The translations under genes were made by a program, and so were the position numbers. From NCBI GenBank assembly GCA_963663275.1, contig OY760183.1, forward strand, positions 3,392,001 through 3,456,000: a stretch of DNA of 64,000 nucleotides. Direction: 5' to 3'. A model generated the notes under the pieces. The model was not told the origin of the DNA, did not search any database, and saw only the letters and a program-made list of their open reading frames with translations. Shown piece after piece: positions 20,091 through 29,675 of this stretch. Numbering within the stretch: position 1 is the stretch's first letter; every line of letters starts with the position of its first letter. The stretch comes from Chloroflexota bacterium (GTDB lineage Bacteria > Chloroflexota > UBA11872 > VXOZ01).

Positions 20091-22709
20091 TTGCTCCCGA
20101 TTAAGCCTCTCGCTCTCCAACTTCCCTCTCCTACCGCGACGCCGCCCCCACGCTCCACCTGGAGGGCGTCCGCGTAGCGTGCCTCTGCGGGCCGAACGGC
20201 AACGGCAAGTCCGCGCTGCTGGACGCCGTGACGTGGGCGCTCTGGGGCAAGGCGCGCGGCCAGCGGCACGAGCAGCTCCTTCACCACGGCCAGACCGAGA
20301 TGCAGGTCGAGTTGGTGTTCGACGTCGGCAGCGAGCGTTACCGCGTGTCCCCGCCGCTACTCCCAGGCGAGGCGCACCGCCCAGAGTTCGCTGGAGCTGG
20401 CGGTCCAAACTGCCAGTGGGGAGTTCACTACTGCGGGGACCGAGGGCACCGGAGACACCATCCGGGAGACCCAGGCGAGGATCGAACGCCTCATCAACAT
20501 GGACTACGGCACGTTCGTGAACAGCGCGTTCCTCGTGCAGGGACGCGCCGACGAGTTCACGATGGCCACCCCTGGCGTGCGCAAGGACGTGCTCGCCAAG
20601 GTGCTCGGCCTTGGGCGGTACGACGAACTCGCGGAGCGCGCCCGCCTGACCGGGGACGCGACGCACGCGCGAAGCTCGAGCGCCACCGCCGTCAACATCG
20701 ACCGCCTGCGCGAACGCGCCGGGAAGGCCGCCGAGACGCGCGCGGCGCTGGCCGAAGCCGAACGTGAACTCGCCGAGGCGGTTACATACGTGAACGGCCT
20801 CGCGGAGCGGCTGCAACTCCTCCGCGGCAAGGTCGCGCACCTCGAACGGCGGCAGGCGGAGCGGGAGGAGCAGGATGCTGCAGGCGCAAGCGCGCGCGCC
20901 AGCGGCAGGCCGAGGAGGAAGCAGGAGGCGGCGAGATCTCAACCAGCGTCTCGTCGGGTGGCAGCAGCACCATCGAGCGCGCCCCGCGAGATCGAGCAGG
21001 GGGTTGCCGCGTTGCAGGGAGCACGCGAACACGAACGGTCGCTGGCTGAGGCGGCGCGGCAGGCGTACGCGCTCCAGACGCAACTCGCGCCGTTGGAGAA
21101 CGCGATAGGGCAGGCCCGCGCCCGGTTGGAGAGCGACATCCAGTCGCAGCGGCAGCACGTCGACACCCAGCTCACGCCGAGGGCGGAGTCGCTGCCCTCC
21201 ATCCAGCGGCAGCAGGACGAGTTGACGGCGCGGCGGGCGGCGATGGAGAGGCCGCCGGGGCGACGCGGAGCGGGCCGAGGAATCGCGGCGGCAACTCGCG
21301 CTGGAGGCGGAAACGCTCCGGCGGGAGAACGAGCGGTTGCAGCAGGCCGGTATGCAGACGCGCGACAAGCTCGACCCTGCTCAACCACGAGCACGAGGAC
21401 GGCGCGGGCCTGTCCCCTCTGCAACAGTACGCTGGGGCCGGACGGCGTCGTCCGCATACGCGAGTCCTACGAGCGCGAGATTGCGGAGCAGCGGCGAGCG
21501 CTACGCCGCGCAGAAGCAACGCGCGGGGCGAACTGGAGCGGCAGGCCGCCGAGGCCGCGGCGGGCGCGGAGCGCGCGCAGAGCGAACTCGCCGCCGAGCA
21601 GCAGCGCATCGCGGAGGAGCAGAGCCGCCTGACCGTGCAGCGGGAGGAGGCGGAGCGGGCCGTGGAGCAGTTGAAGCAGGCCGTACCTCTGCTCCGGCAG
21701 AATGAGGCCGCGCTTGCGAACCGCGCGTACGCGCAGGATGAGCAGGCGGCGGCGAAAGGGTTGCGGGAAACAGCTTACCGTGCTCTCGTTCGACCCCGCC
21801 GCGCTCAATGCCGCGGAGGCGCAGGTGCAGGAACCTCATCCACTGGGAAGAGGAGCGGCAGGCGCTCGTCACGGCGCGCGAACGCATGGATGACGATACC
21901 GCGGCCCTCGAGGCGTGCCCGCGCCCGTGCGTCGGAGGCGGCGAACGACGCCGTTCGCGCCGAGCAGGCGAGCGCTGCGATAGCGGAGGAGCTGGCGGAA
22001 CTGCCGTCGTGGAACGCGCAGCGTTCGGGCAGGTTGAGGAGCGAATGGCAGAGCCGCTTCCGACCGGCACGCGATCAAGTTGGAGGCGCACAAGGGCTCG
22101 ACTGAAAGAGCGAGATGCAGCAGATCGAGCAAGACTGCCGCCGACCTTGCGCAGGCCGAAGCCCGGCGGGAAACGCTCACCGGCGAAGCGGGCGCCTACG
22201 CGGAGCTTGCGCTCGCGTTCGGCAAGGGCGGCGTGCAGGCGCTTCTGATGGAGGCCGCCATCCCGCGCCTGGAAGACGAGGCCAACGACCTGCTCCGCCG
22301 CATGACGGACGGCAGGATGACGCTGAAGCTGGAGACGCAGAAGGAGCGCAGGAGCGGCGGCGACGCGGTCGAGACGCTGGAGATCGTCATCGCGGACGAA
22401 CTCGGCTCGCGCGCCTACGAGATGTTCAGCGGAGGCGAACGCTTCCGCATCGACTTCGCCGTGCGTATCGCGCTCAGCAAAGTGCTCGCGTGGCGCTCCG
22501 GGGCGCCGCTGCCCACGCTCTTCATCGACGAGGGGTTCGGTACGCAGGACGCCGAGGGGCGCGACCGCATCCTGGAGGTCATCCAGGCGATCGAGGACCG
22601 GTTCGAACGCATCCTCGTCATCACCCACATGGACGACATCAAGGACGCGTTCCCGGTGCGCATTGAGGTCACGCGCGGGCCGAACGGCTCGACGTTCTCG
22701 CTCTCCTGA
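20091..22709 (+). CDS. sbcC: SbcC/Rad50 SMC-family ATPase, many frameshifts (probably sequence errors)
   Basis: Walker A GPNGNGKS, NSAFLVQG, CPLC zinc hook, FSGGE signature, LFIDEGFG Walker B, LVITH. Confidence 0.85.
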
Positions 22710-22793
22710 CGCGCCGGGGGCGCGCCGTCTCGTGTAGCATCGCCTCCGCCGGCGAACGTCGGCGCACACGTTTCACTGACAGGAGGACTGCCC

Positions 22794-23204
22794 ATGACGC
22801 TGCACCAGGCGGAGGAGAGCAAGGCGCGGGGACGCACGGTACGGAAGGCCATCAGCGGGTCGGAGGGGTCGCGAAGCACCGGCAACGCCGCCGGGCTGGA
22901 CATGGTCCCGGGGTTGGAGGACTTCGTCATCGGCTTCAACTTCGGCGAGATATGGTCGCGCGAGCGCATTGACCTCAAGACACGCTGCATGATCGTGCTC
23001 GGCATGATGACGGCGCTGGGGCGCACGCCGCAGGTAGCGGCCTACACGCGCTACGCGCTGCACCTCGGCATCACGCCGGAGGAGATAGCGGAAGTGTTCA
23101 TGCAGGCGATCCCGTACGCCGGGCTGCCCGCCGCGTTCAACGCCATGCAGGCCGGCAGCGACGTCTTCAAGGAGCAGGGCGTCACCGTCAACATGGAGGC
23201 GTAG
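22794..23204 (+). CDS. Carboxymuconolactone decarboxylase family protein
   Basis: FGEIWSR..IDLKTR, GITPEEIAEV, YAGLP. Confidence 0.9.
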   Translation: MTLHQAEESKARGRTVRKAISGSEGSRSTGNAAGLDMVPGLEDFVIGFNFGEIWSRERIDLKTRCMIVLGMMTALGRTPQVAAYTRYALHLGITPEEIAEVFMQAIPYAGLPAAFNAMQAGSDVFKEQGVTVNMEA

Positions 23205-23210
23205 CCGCGT

Positions 23211-23858
23211 ATGACCACCCCCGATTCCCGCTGGGACCAGAGCGCGATGGTGGAGCGGATGTCGTCCGATTTCGGACGCCGCTACCCGCTCGCGTTCTGG
23301 GAGTTCTTCGAGTCCCAGGTGCGCCCGCGCACGGGCGACGCTCCCGCCATCGCCGACCTCGGCTGCGGCGCCGGATTGCTGCTGCAGGAGCTGTCGTCGC
23401 GCCTGCCGGACGCGGCGCTGCGCGGCGTCGACGTGTCCAGGGCGATGCTTGCGAACGCCAGGGAACTCGACTACGCCGCCGGCGCGCCGTCGTTCACGCT
23501 GCACGATCTGAACCACGCGCCGTATCCGGTGGAGGACGCGTCGCTCGACCTCTGCATCAGCGCCAACGTGACCTGCTTCCTCGACAACCCGCTCTTGCTG
23601 TTCGCGGAGGTGCGCCGGATGCTCCGGCCCGGCGGGGTCTACCTGCTGTTCGACTGGAAGCGGCAGACGCTCCCGGCCTACATCGAGGACCGGGGCGGGC
23701 TCGGCAACGATCCGGCGGCGCTGATGAGCCTCCAGCCGTATCACAACCGCTTCACGCCGGACGAGTGGCGCTGGCTGCTCGCGGAGGGCGGGTTCGACCT
23801 CATCGGCGAGGCGCACCCGCGCACCAGCCACGTCGCGCTCGCGGGCGTGCCGCGATGA
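23211..23858 (+). CDS. Class I SAM-dependent methyltransferase
   Basis: DLGCGAG, GVDVS, RMLRPGG. Confidence 0.9.
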   Translation: MTTPDSRWDQSAMVERMSSDFGRRYPLAFWEFFESQVRPRTGDAPAIADLGCGAGLLLQELSSRLPDAALRGVDVSRAMLANARELDYAAGAPSFTLHDLNHAPYPVEDASLDLCISANVTCFLDNPLLLFAEVRRMLRPGGVYLLFDWKRQTLPAYIEDRGGLGNDPAALMSLQPYHNRFTPDEWRWLLAEGGFDLIGEAHPRTSHVALAGVPR

Positions 23859-24508
23859 CGCAGCGGGACGAGCGCGCCCTGCGGCGTCAGCTGGAGCGGT
23901 ACACGCTCCGCTTCAACGATGCGTTCTGGCGGTTCTGGGACGAACAGGTCGTCCCAACCCTGCCGCCTGCGCCGGTCATCGTGGACGTAGGGCCGGGCCC
24001 CGGCCTCTTCCTGCGCGACCTCTCCGAGCGGCTGCCGGACGCGATGCTCCACGGCATCGACGCCAACGAGGCGATGGTCGAGAACGCGCGCGCGCTCGAC
24101 TACGCCGGGCCTGTGCCGGCGCTCGTGCTGGCGAACGTCGAGTCCTCGCCGCTGCCGTACGACGACGGGTCGGTCGACCTGCTCACGATGGCGGCGGTGC
24201 TGCACGGGTTCGACGACCCGTTCTCGTTCCTGCGGGAGCAGGCTGCGCGTGTGCTGAAGCCGGACGGGCGGATGTTGCTGTTCGACTGGTTCCGCCAGCC
24301 GATGCGGGAGTACGTCGAGCGCAGGCTGATCGAGCCGGGCGAGCCGGAGGAGACGCGCTACGAACGTGCGCTGGAGCAGTTCCGCGTCCACAACAAGTAC
24401 ACGCTGGACGACTGGCGCTGGGTGCTCGCGGAGTCCGGGATGCGCGTCGAGGCGGAGACCTCCGAGCCGCATCCGTTCGCCCGCGCCTGGCTGCTGCGCC
24501 CTCAGTAG
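23855..24508 (+). CDS. Class I SAM-dependent methyltransferase (tandem paralog)
   Basis: DVGPGPG, GIDAN, RVLKPDG; ATGA overlap with the upstream paralog. Confidence 0.9.
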   Translation: MTQRDERALRRQLERYTLRFNDAFWRFWDEQVVPTLPPAPVIVDVGPGPGLFLRDLSERLPDAMLHGIDANEAMVENARALDYAGPVPALVLANVESSPLPYDDGSVDLLTMAAVLHGFDDPFSFLREQAARVLKPDGRMLLFDWFRQPMREYVERRLIEPGEPEETRYERALEQFRVHNKYTLDDWRWVLAESGMRVEAETSEPHPFARAWLLRPQ

Positions 24509-24512
24509 GGCG

Positions 24513-24890
24513 CTACCCGCCCAGCCGGGCGCGGATGACGAGCAGGATGACGAACCCCTCCGCGCCGAGGGCGAGGCTGTACCAGAGCTGGTCTGCCCCC
24601 ACGGTGAGCACGAACCCGACGATGCCGGGCGCGTGGGCCAGCAGCAGGAGCGTCTGCGCCAGGCGCGCGGGAGGCCGCTGGCTCGCGAGTGCGTTCGCCG
24701 TCACGAGGAGGGTGGCGGCGGGCACGGCGATGCCGGTCGCGACAGCCACGATGGTCGCGAGCCGTGCCCCGAAGAACGGCTCGCTGTCGACGAACGCGAA
24801 GTAGATCACGGCCACCGCGACGTAGACGAACGGGGCGGGGAGCATGCCCCGCACCAGCATCTGGAACCTGCGGCGCTCGATGGGGTTCAC
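24513..24890 (-). CDS. Hypothetical 4-TM membrane protein
   Basis: GTG start overlapping the leuS stop; hydrophobic helices. Confidence 0.65.
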   Translation of the reverse strand: MNPIERRRFQMLVRGMLPAPFVYVAVAVIYFAFVDSEPFFGARLATIVAVATGIAVPAATLLVTANALASQRPPARLAQTLLLLAHAPGIVGFVLTVGADQLWYSLALGAEGFVILLVIRARLGG

Positions 24891-27361
24891 TTGACGACGA
24901 CGCTGACGAGGTAGCGGCCGGGGACGAAGACGACCTTGTCCACGCTCTTGCCGTCCGTCCAGGCGACCACTTTCTGCGAGGTGAGCGCGGCCTCTTTCGC
25001 GTCGCCCTCGGAGATCGAGGCGGGGACGGCGATGCGGTCGCGCACCTTGCCGTTCACCTGCACGACGAGCGTCGCCTCCTCGATGGCGGCGAGCGTCTCG
25101 TCCCACTCCGGCAGGGGCTGGTTGTGGACGCTGTAGTCGTGTCCCGTGCGCTCCCAGAGCTCCTCCGCGAGGTGTGGCCCCATCGGCGCGAGCAGCAGCA
25201 GCAGCGACTCGACAGCCTCGTTCCACGCGCCGCGCGAGACGGCGCCGGCGTCGTAGGCGGGCCCCATCTCGTTGGTGAGCTCCATCATCGCCGCGATCGC
25301 GGTGTTGTACTTGAAGCGCTCCAGCCCCTCGATGACCGACCGGATCGTCTGGTGCGTCTTGCGCACGATAGCGCGGTCGGAGGCGCCCTCGGATTCGGGC
25401 AGTGCGCCGGTGTCCCGCAGGCAGAGGTCCCAGAAGCGGTTCACCCAGCGGGCGACGCCGTTGATGCCGGAGTCGCTCCAGTCGCCGCCGCCCTCCCACG
25501 GGCCCATGAACATCAGGTAGAGGCGCACGACGTCCGCGCCCAGCTCCTGCACGTACTCGTCGGGCGCGACGACGTTGCCGCGGCTCTTGCTCATCTTCAT
25601 GTGGTCGGAGAGCACGACGCCCTGGTTGAAGAGGCGGAGGAACGGCTCGCCGAAGCCGATGAGGCCGAGGTCGCGTACCACCTTGGTGAAGAATCGGGCG
25701 TAGAGCAGGTGCATCACCGCGTGCTCCGCGCCGCCGGTGTACTGGTCGACCGGGTTCCACGAGCCGACGCGCGCGGGGTCGAAGGGGCCCTCGGCGAAGT
25801 CGGGGCTGACGTAGCGCAGGAAGTACCACGACGAGTCCACGAACGTGTCCATCGTGTCGGTCTCGCGGGTCGCGGGGCTGTCGCAGCAGGGGCAGGTCGT
25901 GTGCAGGAAGCCCTCGTGGTAGCGGAGCGGCGACTCGCCGGTCGGCTTGAACTGGGCGTCGTCCGGCAGCACCACCGGGAGCTGGTCGTACGGTACGGGC
26001 TGCGCGCCGCAGTCGTCGCAGTAGACGATGGGGATGGGCGTGCCCCAGTAGCGCTGGCGGCTGATGAGCCAGTCGCGCATCCGGTAGCCGACGGTGCGCC
26101 TGCCCCAGCCCTGCTGCTCGACGTGGTCGGCGATCCCCTCGTACCCGGCGGCGTTCGGCATGCCGTTGAACTGTCCGGAGTTGACCTGCGAGCCGCTCTT
26201 CTCGACCCACGCCTCCCGGAGCGGTGCGCCGTCCCATCCCGGCGGGGCGACGACGACGCGGATCTCCAGCCCGTACTTCAGCGCGAAGTCGAAGTCGCGG
26301 GAGTCGTGGGCGGGGACGCCCATCACCGCGCCGGTGCCGTAGGTGAGCAGCACGTAGTCCCCCACCCAGATGGGCACGCGGTCGCCGTTGAGCGGGTTGA
26401 CGGCGTACGAGCCGGTGAAGACGCCGGTCTTCTCGCGCTCGACCGAGAGGCGGTCTATCTCTGTGGCCTCGCGGGCGCGGGCGACGTACGCCTCAACCGC
26501 GCCGCGCTGCTCCGGCGTCGTAAGACGCTCGACGAGCGGGTGCTCCGGCGCGAGGACGACGAACGTGACGCCGAAGATGGTGTCGATGCGCGTCGTGAAG
26601 GTCGTGATGTTCTGCTCGTCCAGGCCGTACTCGGAGATGTCGAACGAAATGTCGACGCCCTCGCTGCGGCCGATCCAGTTCGTCTGCATCGTCTTGATGC
26701 GCTCGGGCCAGTCGACGACTCCGGAGAAGTCCAGCAGTTCGTCGGCGTAGTCGGTGATGCGGAAGAACCACTGGTCCATCTCGCGCCGGATGACGATGTC
26801 GCCGGTGCGCTCGCACTTGCCGTCGACCACCTGCTCGTTGGCGAGCACGGTCTGGCAGGTGGCGCACCAGTTGACGGGGGCGGATGTGCGGTAGGCGAGG
26901 TCCTGCTCGTACATCTTCAGGAAGAACCACTGGTTCCACGCGTAGTAGTCCGGCTGGCAGGTCACGATCTCCCTGTTCCAGTCGTAGACCGTGCCCATGG
27001 AGCGGAGCTGGCCGCGCATGCGGTCGATGTTCCCCATCGTCCAGATGGACGGGTGGATGCCCCGGTTGATGGCGGCGTTCTCCGCCGGAAGCCCGAACGC
27101 GTCGAACCCCATGGGGTGCAGTACGTTGTAGCCGCGCATCCGCATGAAGCGGGCGTGGGCGTCGGACGGCGCCATGGCGTACCAGTGGCCGATGTGGAGG
27201 TCGCCGGAGGGGTAGGGGTACATCGTGAGGGCGTACCACCGTGGCCGGGGGTCGTCGTCGTTCACCTGGTGGAGGTTGTCGTCGGCCCACCGCTGCTGCC
27301 ACTTGCGGTCTATCTCGCGCGGGTCGTAGCGGAGGGGGGCCATGCGCTGGCGGGTCGTCAT
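24887..27361 (-). CDS. leuS: Leucine--tRNA ligase
   Basis: MYPYPSGDLHIGH, FTTRIDT editing domain, SRQRYWGTPIP, KMSKSRGN, VQVNGKVR. Confidence 0.98.
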   Translation of the reverse strand: MTTRQRMAPLRYDPREIDRKWQQRWADDNLHQVNDDDPRPRWYALTMYPYPSGDLHIGHWYAMAPSDAHARFMRMRGYNVLHPMGFDAFGLPAENAAINRGIHPSIWTMGNIDRMRGQLRSMGTVYDWNREIVTCQPDYYAWNQWFFLKMYEQDLAYRTSAPVNWCATCQTVLANEQVVDGKCERTGDIVIRREMDQWFFRITDYADELLDFSGVVDWPERIKTMQTNWIGRSEGVDISFDISEYGLDEQNITTFTTRIDTIFGVTFVVLAPEHPLVERLTTPEQRGAVEAYVARAREATEIDRLSVEREKTGVFTGSYAVNPLNGDRVPIWVGDYVLLTYGTGAVMGVPAHDSRDFDFALKYGLEIRVVVAPPGWDGAPLREAWVEKSGSQVNSGQFNGMPNAAGYEGIADHVEQQGWGRRTVGYRMRDWLISRQRYWGTPIPIVYCDDCGAQPVPYDQLPVVLPDDAQFKPTGESPLRYHEGFLHTTCPCCDSPATRETDTMDTFVDSSWYFLRYVSPDFAEGPFDPARVGSWNPVDQYTGGAEHAVMHLLYARFFTKVVRDLGLIGFGEPFLRLFNQGVVLSDHMKMSKSRGNVVAPDEYVQELGADVVRLYLMFMGPWEGGGDWSDSGINGVARWVNRFWDLCLRDTGALPESEGASDRAIVRKTHQTIRSVIEGLERFKYNTAIAAMMELTNEMGPAYDAGAVSRGAWNEAVESLLLLLAPMGPHLAEELWERTGHDYSVHNQPLPEWDETLAAIEEATLVVQVNGKVRDRIAVPASISEGDAKEAALTSQKVVAWTDGKSVDKVVFVPGRYLVSVVVK

Positions 27362-27430
27362 GCGTCGCTCCGAGAGTCGGCAACTCTGAGGTATCAGTTT
27401 AACCGATAGCGGTAAGGCGTGGGGCGGATT

Positions 27431-27545
27431 GTCATGTTGAGCGAAGCCGAAGGCGGAGTCGAAACATCTCTCAGGAGACTCCCTCCCCCCCCCGCTCATG
27501 GTGAGCCTGTCGAACCACGTCATTCCCGCGCAGGCGGGAATCCAG
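27431..27545. repeat. REP cluster including dRS3-like hairpin CGTCATTCCCGCGCAGGCGGGAATCCAG
   Basis: Three adjacent palindrome families; ATTCCC-N8-GGGAAT core within 27518-27545. Confidence 0.8.
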
Positions 27546-27585
27546 TATGGCCGACAGGCCACGGGGAGTGTGGGGCGCAGGGCTA

Positions 27586-27616
27586 TTGACAAATCACCCT
27601 CAAATTCTGATATAAT
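27586..27616 (+). promoter_or_regulatory. Sigma70-type promoter with consensus hexamers
   Basis: TTGACA (27586-27591), 19-nt spacer ending TGA, TATAAT (27611-27616); AGGAGG RBS downstream. Confidence 0.8.
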
Positions 27617-27656
27617 ATCCCGTTCTTTTTGCGTATCTTCCACAGGAGGCCCAGCC

Positions 27657-28202
27657 ATGACAACGGTATCGACGATTGCAGAAGCAACGGAAGAGCCGCT
27701 GGTTGTTATCGGCAGCGCCACCGGTGAGGGTGGCCTCCGTGAGAGCATCGGTGAGCACATCCACAGCCCCGGACGCGCCGAGCGGGCTGTGCTTGCCTGT
27801 CATTGCGGCTGGAACGACCTCGCGGTCCAGTGGGCGGAGACGCCTGACGTGCAGAGCGCTCTGGACTATGAGGCCGCCTTGCTCCGTGCGTACTTCGAGC
27901 GGCACCTCCGTATGCCGTCCGTCGCCAGCCTTCCGGCCATGGACATGGTGGGGATGGTCCCTGCCGATGCAGGAGCGGCGTTCCTGATCTGGTCGAGCTG
28001 GCACGCGCTGGTGGAACACAACGTTGAGAACTTCCCAACGAGTTACGGCGTCTACATCATTGACGCCGGGAAGCCGGAAGACCCTGCGCACCGGAAACTG
28101 CCCAGGGGGACGATGGCTCCGGGCGCTTGCCGGTTCGCGAAGTACGAGGACCCATGCCGTCTCTCGTTAATGCACGTCGTGCCGCGGGGTTCCTGGACCT
28201 AG
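27657..28202 (+). CDS. GIY-YIG-like protein with permuted motif order
   Basis: N-terminal VVIGSATG..GLRESIGEH...EAALLRAYFERH.RMP; C-terminal WSSWHAL...P.SYGVYII. Confidence 0.6.
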   Translation: MTTVSTIAEATEEPLVVIGSATGEGGLRESIGEHIHSPGRAERAVLACHCGWNDLAVQWAETPDVQSALDYEAALLRAYFERHLRMPSVASLPAMDMVGMVPADAGAAFLIWSSWHALVEHNVENFPTSYGVYIIDAGKPEDPAHRKLPRGTMAPGACRFAKYEDPCRLSLMHVVPRGSWT

Positions 28203-28280
28203 CAGACGAACACAAGCGAAGCCGTTACCTTGTCCAAACCCTCTCCGGCGGGAGGACTACGGGGCGCAACGGAGGTTGCC

Positions 28281-29339
28281 GTGAGCGAGAGGCCCGTGAT
28301 CGACCTGACCAACGACGAGAGCCACTACTGGCTGCACCATCACCGCCCGCACAACCTTGCCGCGGGCCTGATGACCGGCATAGCGGTCGGCAACCTCCTC
28401 GGGCTGCCCTGCGAGGGGTGGCCGCGAGAGGCGATAGCCCGCGCGCACCCGGACGGCCTGAGCGACATCCTCGTCGTTGACGGCTTGCCCGACGATGACG
28501 ACGTTGCCCAGTCCATACTGATCGCCGAGGCCGCAGCGGAAGGGCCGCTCGACGTGGACGATCTCGGACGGCGTCTCGGCGAGTGGGAGGAGACGAACGG
28601 CGCGGGCATCGGGATACTGACTGCCGACGTGCTGCGCCTCTACCGGAGCGGCATGTCCATCACGGAGGCATCCCGCACCGCATGGCAGGGAGAGCGGGCC
28701 GGCAACGGGGCGGTCATGCGGTGCGCTCCGCTGGCCATCCGGTGGCGCGACGATGCCGACGCCCTCGTGCGGAACAGCATCGTCAGCGCCGTGCCGACGC
28801 ACTGGGACCCCCGCTGCGGCTGGTCGTGCGCCATCCTGAACCTCGCCATCGCGTCCACGCTGCGGCAGGACGGGATGCAGCGGGAAAGGATCACGGCGGA
28901 CGGCTTGCTCGACACCGCGCTCGACGGCGTGCGCGCCTCACTGCCGGAACTACAGCGGTACGGCTACGACGCCCGCGTGCCGGACGAAGTGCGCGAAGCC
29001 GTCGAGGACTCGTTCCGCATGGAGCTGAGCGACCTGCGCCTGGACGGCAGTAACATGGGCTACACGCTGCTTGCCCTCCAGGTGGGGCTGGTCTCGCTCC
29101 GGCGCGCGGGCAGTTTCGAGCGGGGCTTGCAGGCGGTCGTAGAGGCCGGTGGCGACACCGACACGAACGGCGCCGTCGCGGGCGCGGCGCTCGGCGCACG
29201 GTTCTCCTACTACCGCATCCCCGAGTGGTGGCGGACGAAGGTCCAGCAGGTCCGGCGGCCCAGCACGCCCACAGAGTCGTACGCGGGCCGCTTGGTGGAC
29301 CTGAGGCTGGGCAGGCGTTTGGAGGACTTCATCGAGTAG
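28281..29339 (+). CDS. ADP-ribosylglycohydrolase (DraG/ARH family)
   Basis: GIAVGNLLG, PDDDDVAQ, AGNGAVMRCAP, PTHWDP, GGDTDTNGAVAGA..GA. Confidence 0.92.
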   Translation: MSERPVIDLTNDESHYWLHHHRPHNLAAGLMTGIAVGNLLGLPCEGWPREAIARAHPDGLSDILVVDGLPDDDDVAQSILIAEAAAEGPLDVDDLGRRLGEWEETNGAGIGILTADVLRLYRSGMSITEASRTAWQGERAGNGAVMRCAPLAIRWRDDADALVRNSIVSAVPTHWDPRCGWSCAILNLAIASTLRQDGMQRERITADGLLDTALDGVRASLPELQRYGYDARVPDEVREAVEDSFRMELSDLRLDGSNMGYTLLALQVGLVSLRRAGSFERGLQAVVEAGGDTDTNGAVAGAALGARFSYYRIPEWWRTKVQQVRRPSTPTESYAGRLVDLRLGRRLEDFIE

Positions 29340-29394
29340 CCATCGGCGGCTGCGTAGGTCCAAACGGGAGAGAACATCATCTGGAGGGGCAACG

Positions 29395-29622
29395 ATGACC
29401 ATCTTGAAGCACATCGGACTGTTCTTCGTATTCGTGATAGCGTCGCAGGTGGTGGCGGACCTCGCGGAGATCAGCTACAGCTCGCCGATGCCGAAGTCGT
29501 TCTTGGGATGGGTGTGGATCTTCAACTACGTCGCCGGGTTCTTCCTGTGGATGAAGAGCATCCGGGACGATCTCGCGAAGTTCTTTCAGTCGATCATCGA
29601 CGAGTTCAGAGGTAGGGAATAG
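29395..29622 (+). CDS. Small 2-TM hypothetical protein
   Basis: GGAGG RBS and two hydrophobic helices. Confidence 0.65.
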   Translation: MTILKHIGLFFVFVIASQVVADLAEISYSSPMPKSFLGWVWIFNYVAGFFLWMKSIRDDLAKFFQSIIDEFRGRE

Positions 29623-29675
29623 GCGCGGTCGAGCAGTTGGCACGACGGTAGCGATAGCACTGAAGGAGAATCGAC

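Noticed and set aside
20091-22200. Programmed frameshifting in sbcC (also ruvA near 36500)
   Set aside because: There are too many irregular indels and no slippery heptamer or stimulator; the pattern fits sequencing error.
24689-27409. Long antisense ORFs (906 aa opposite leuS; also opposite fusA, the coxL-like gene and the sulfatase)
   Set aside because: Shadow ORFs caused by high-GC codon bias, with no recognisable motifs.
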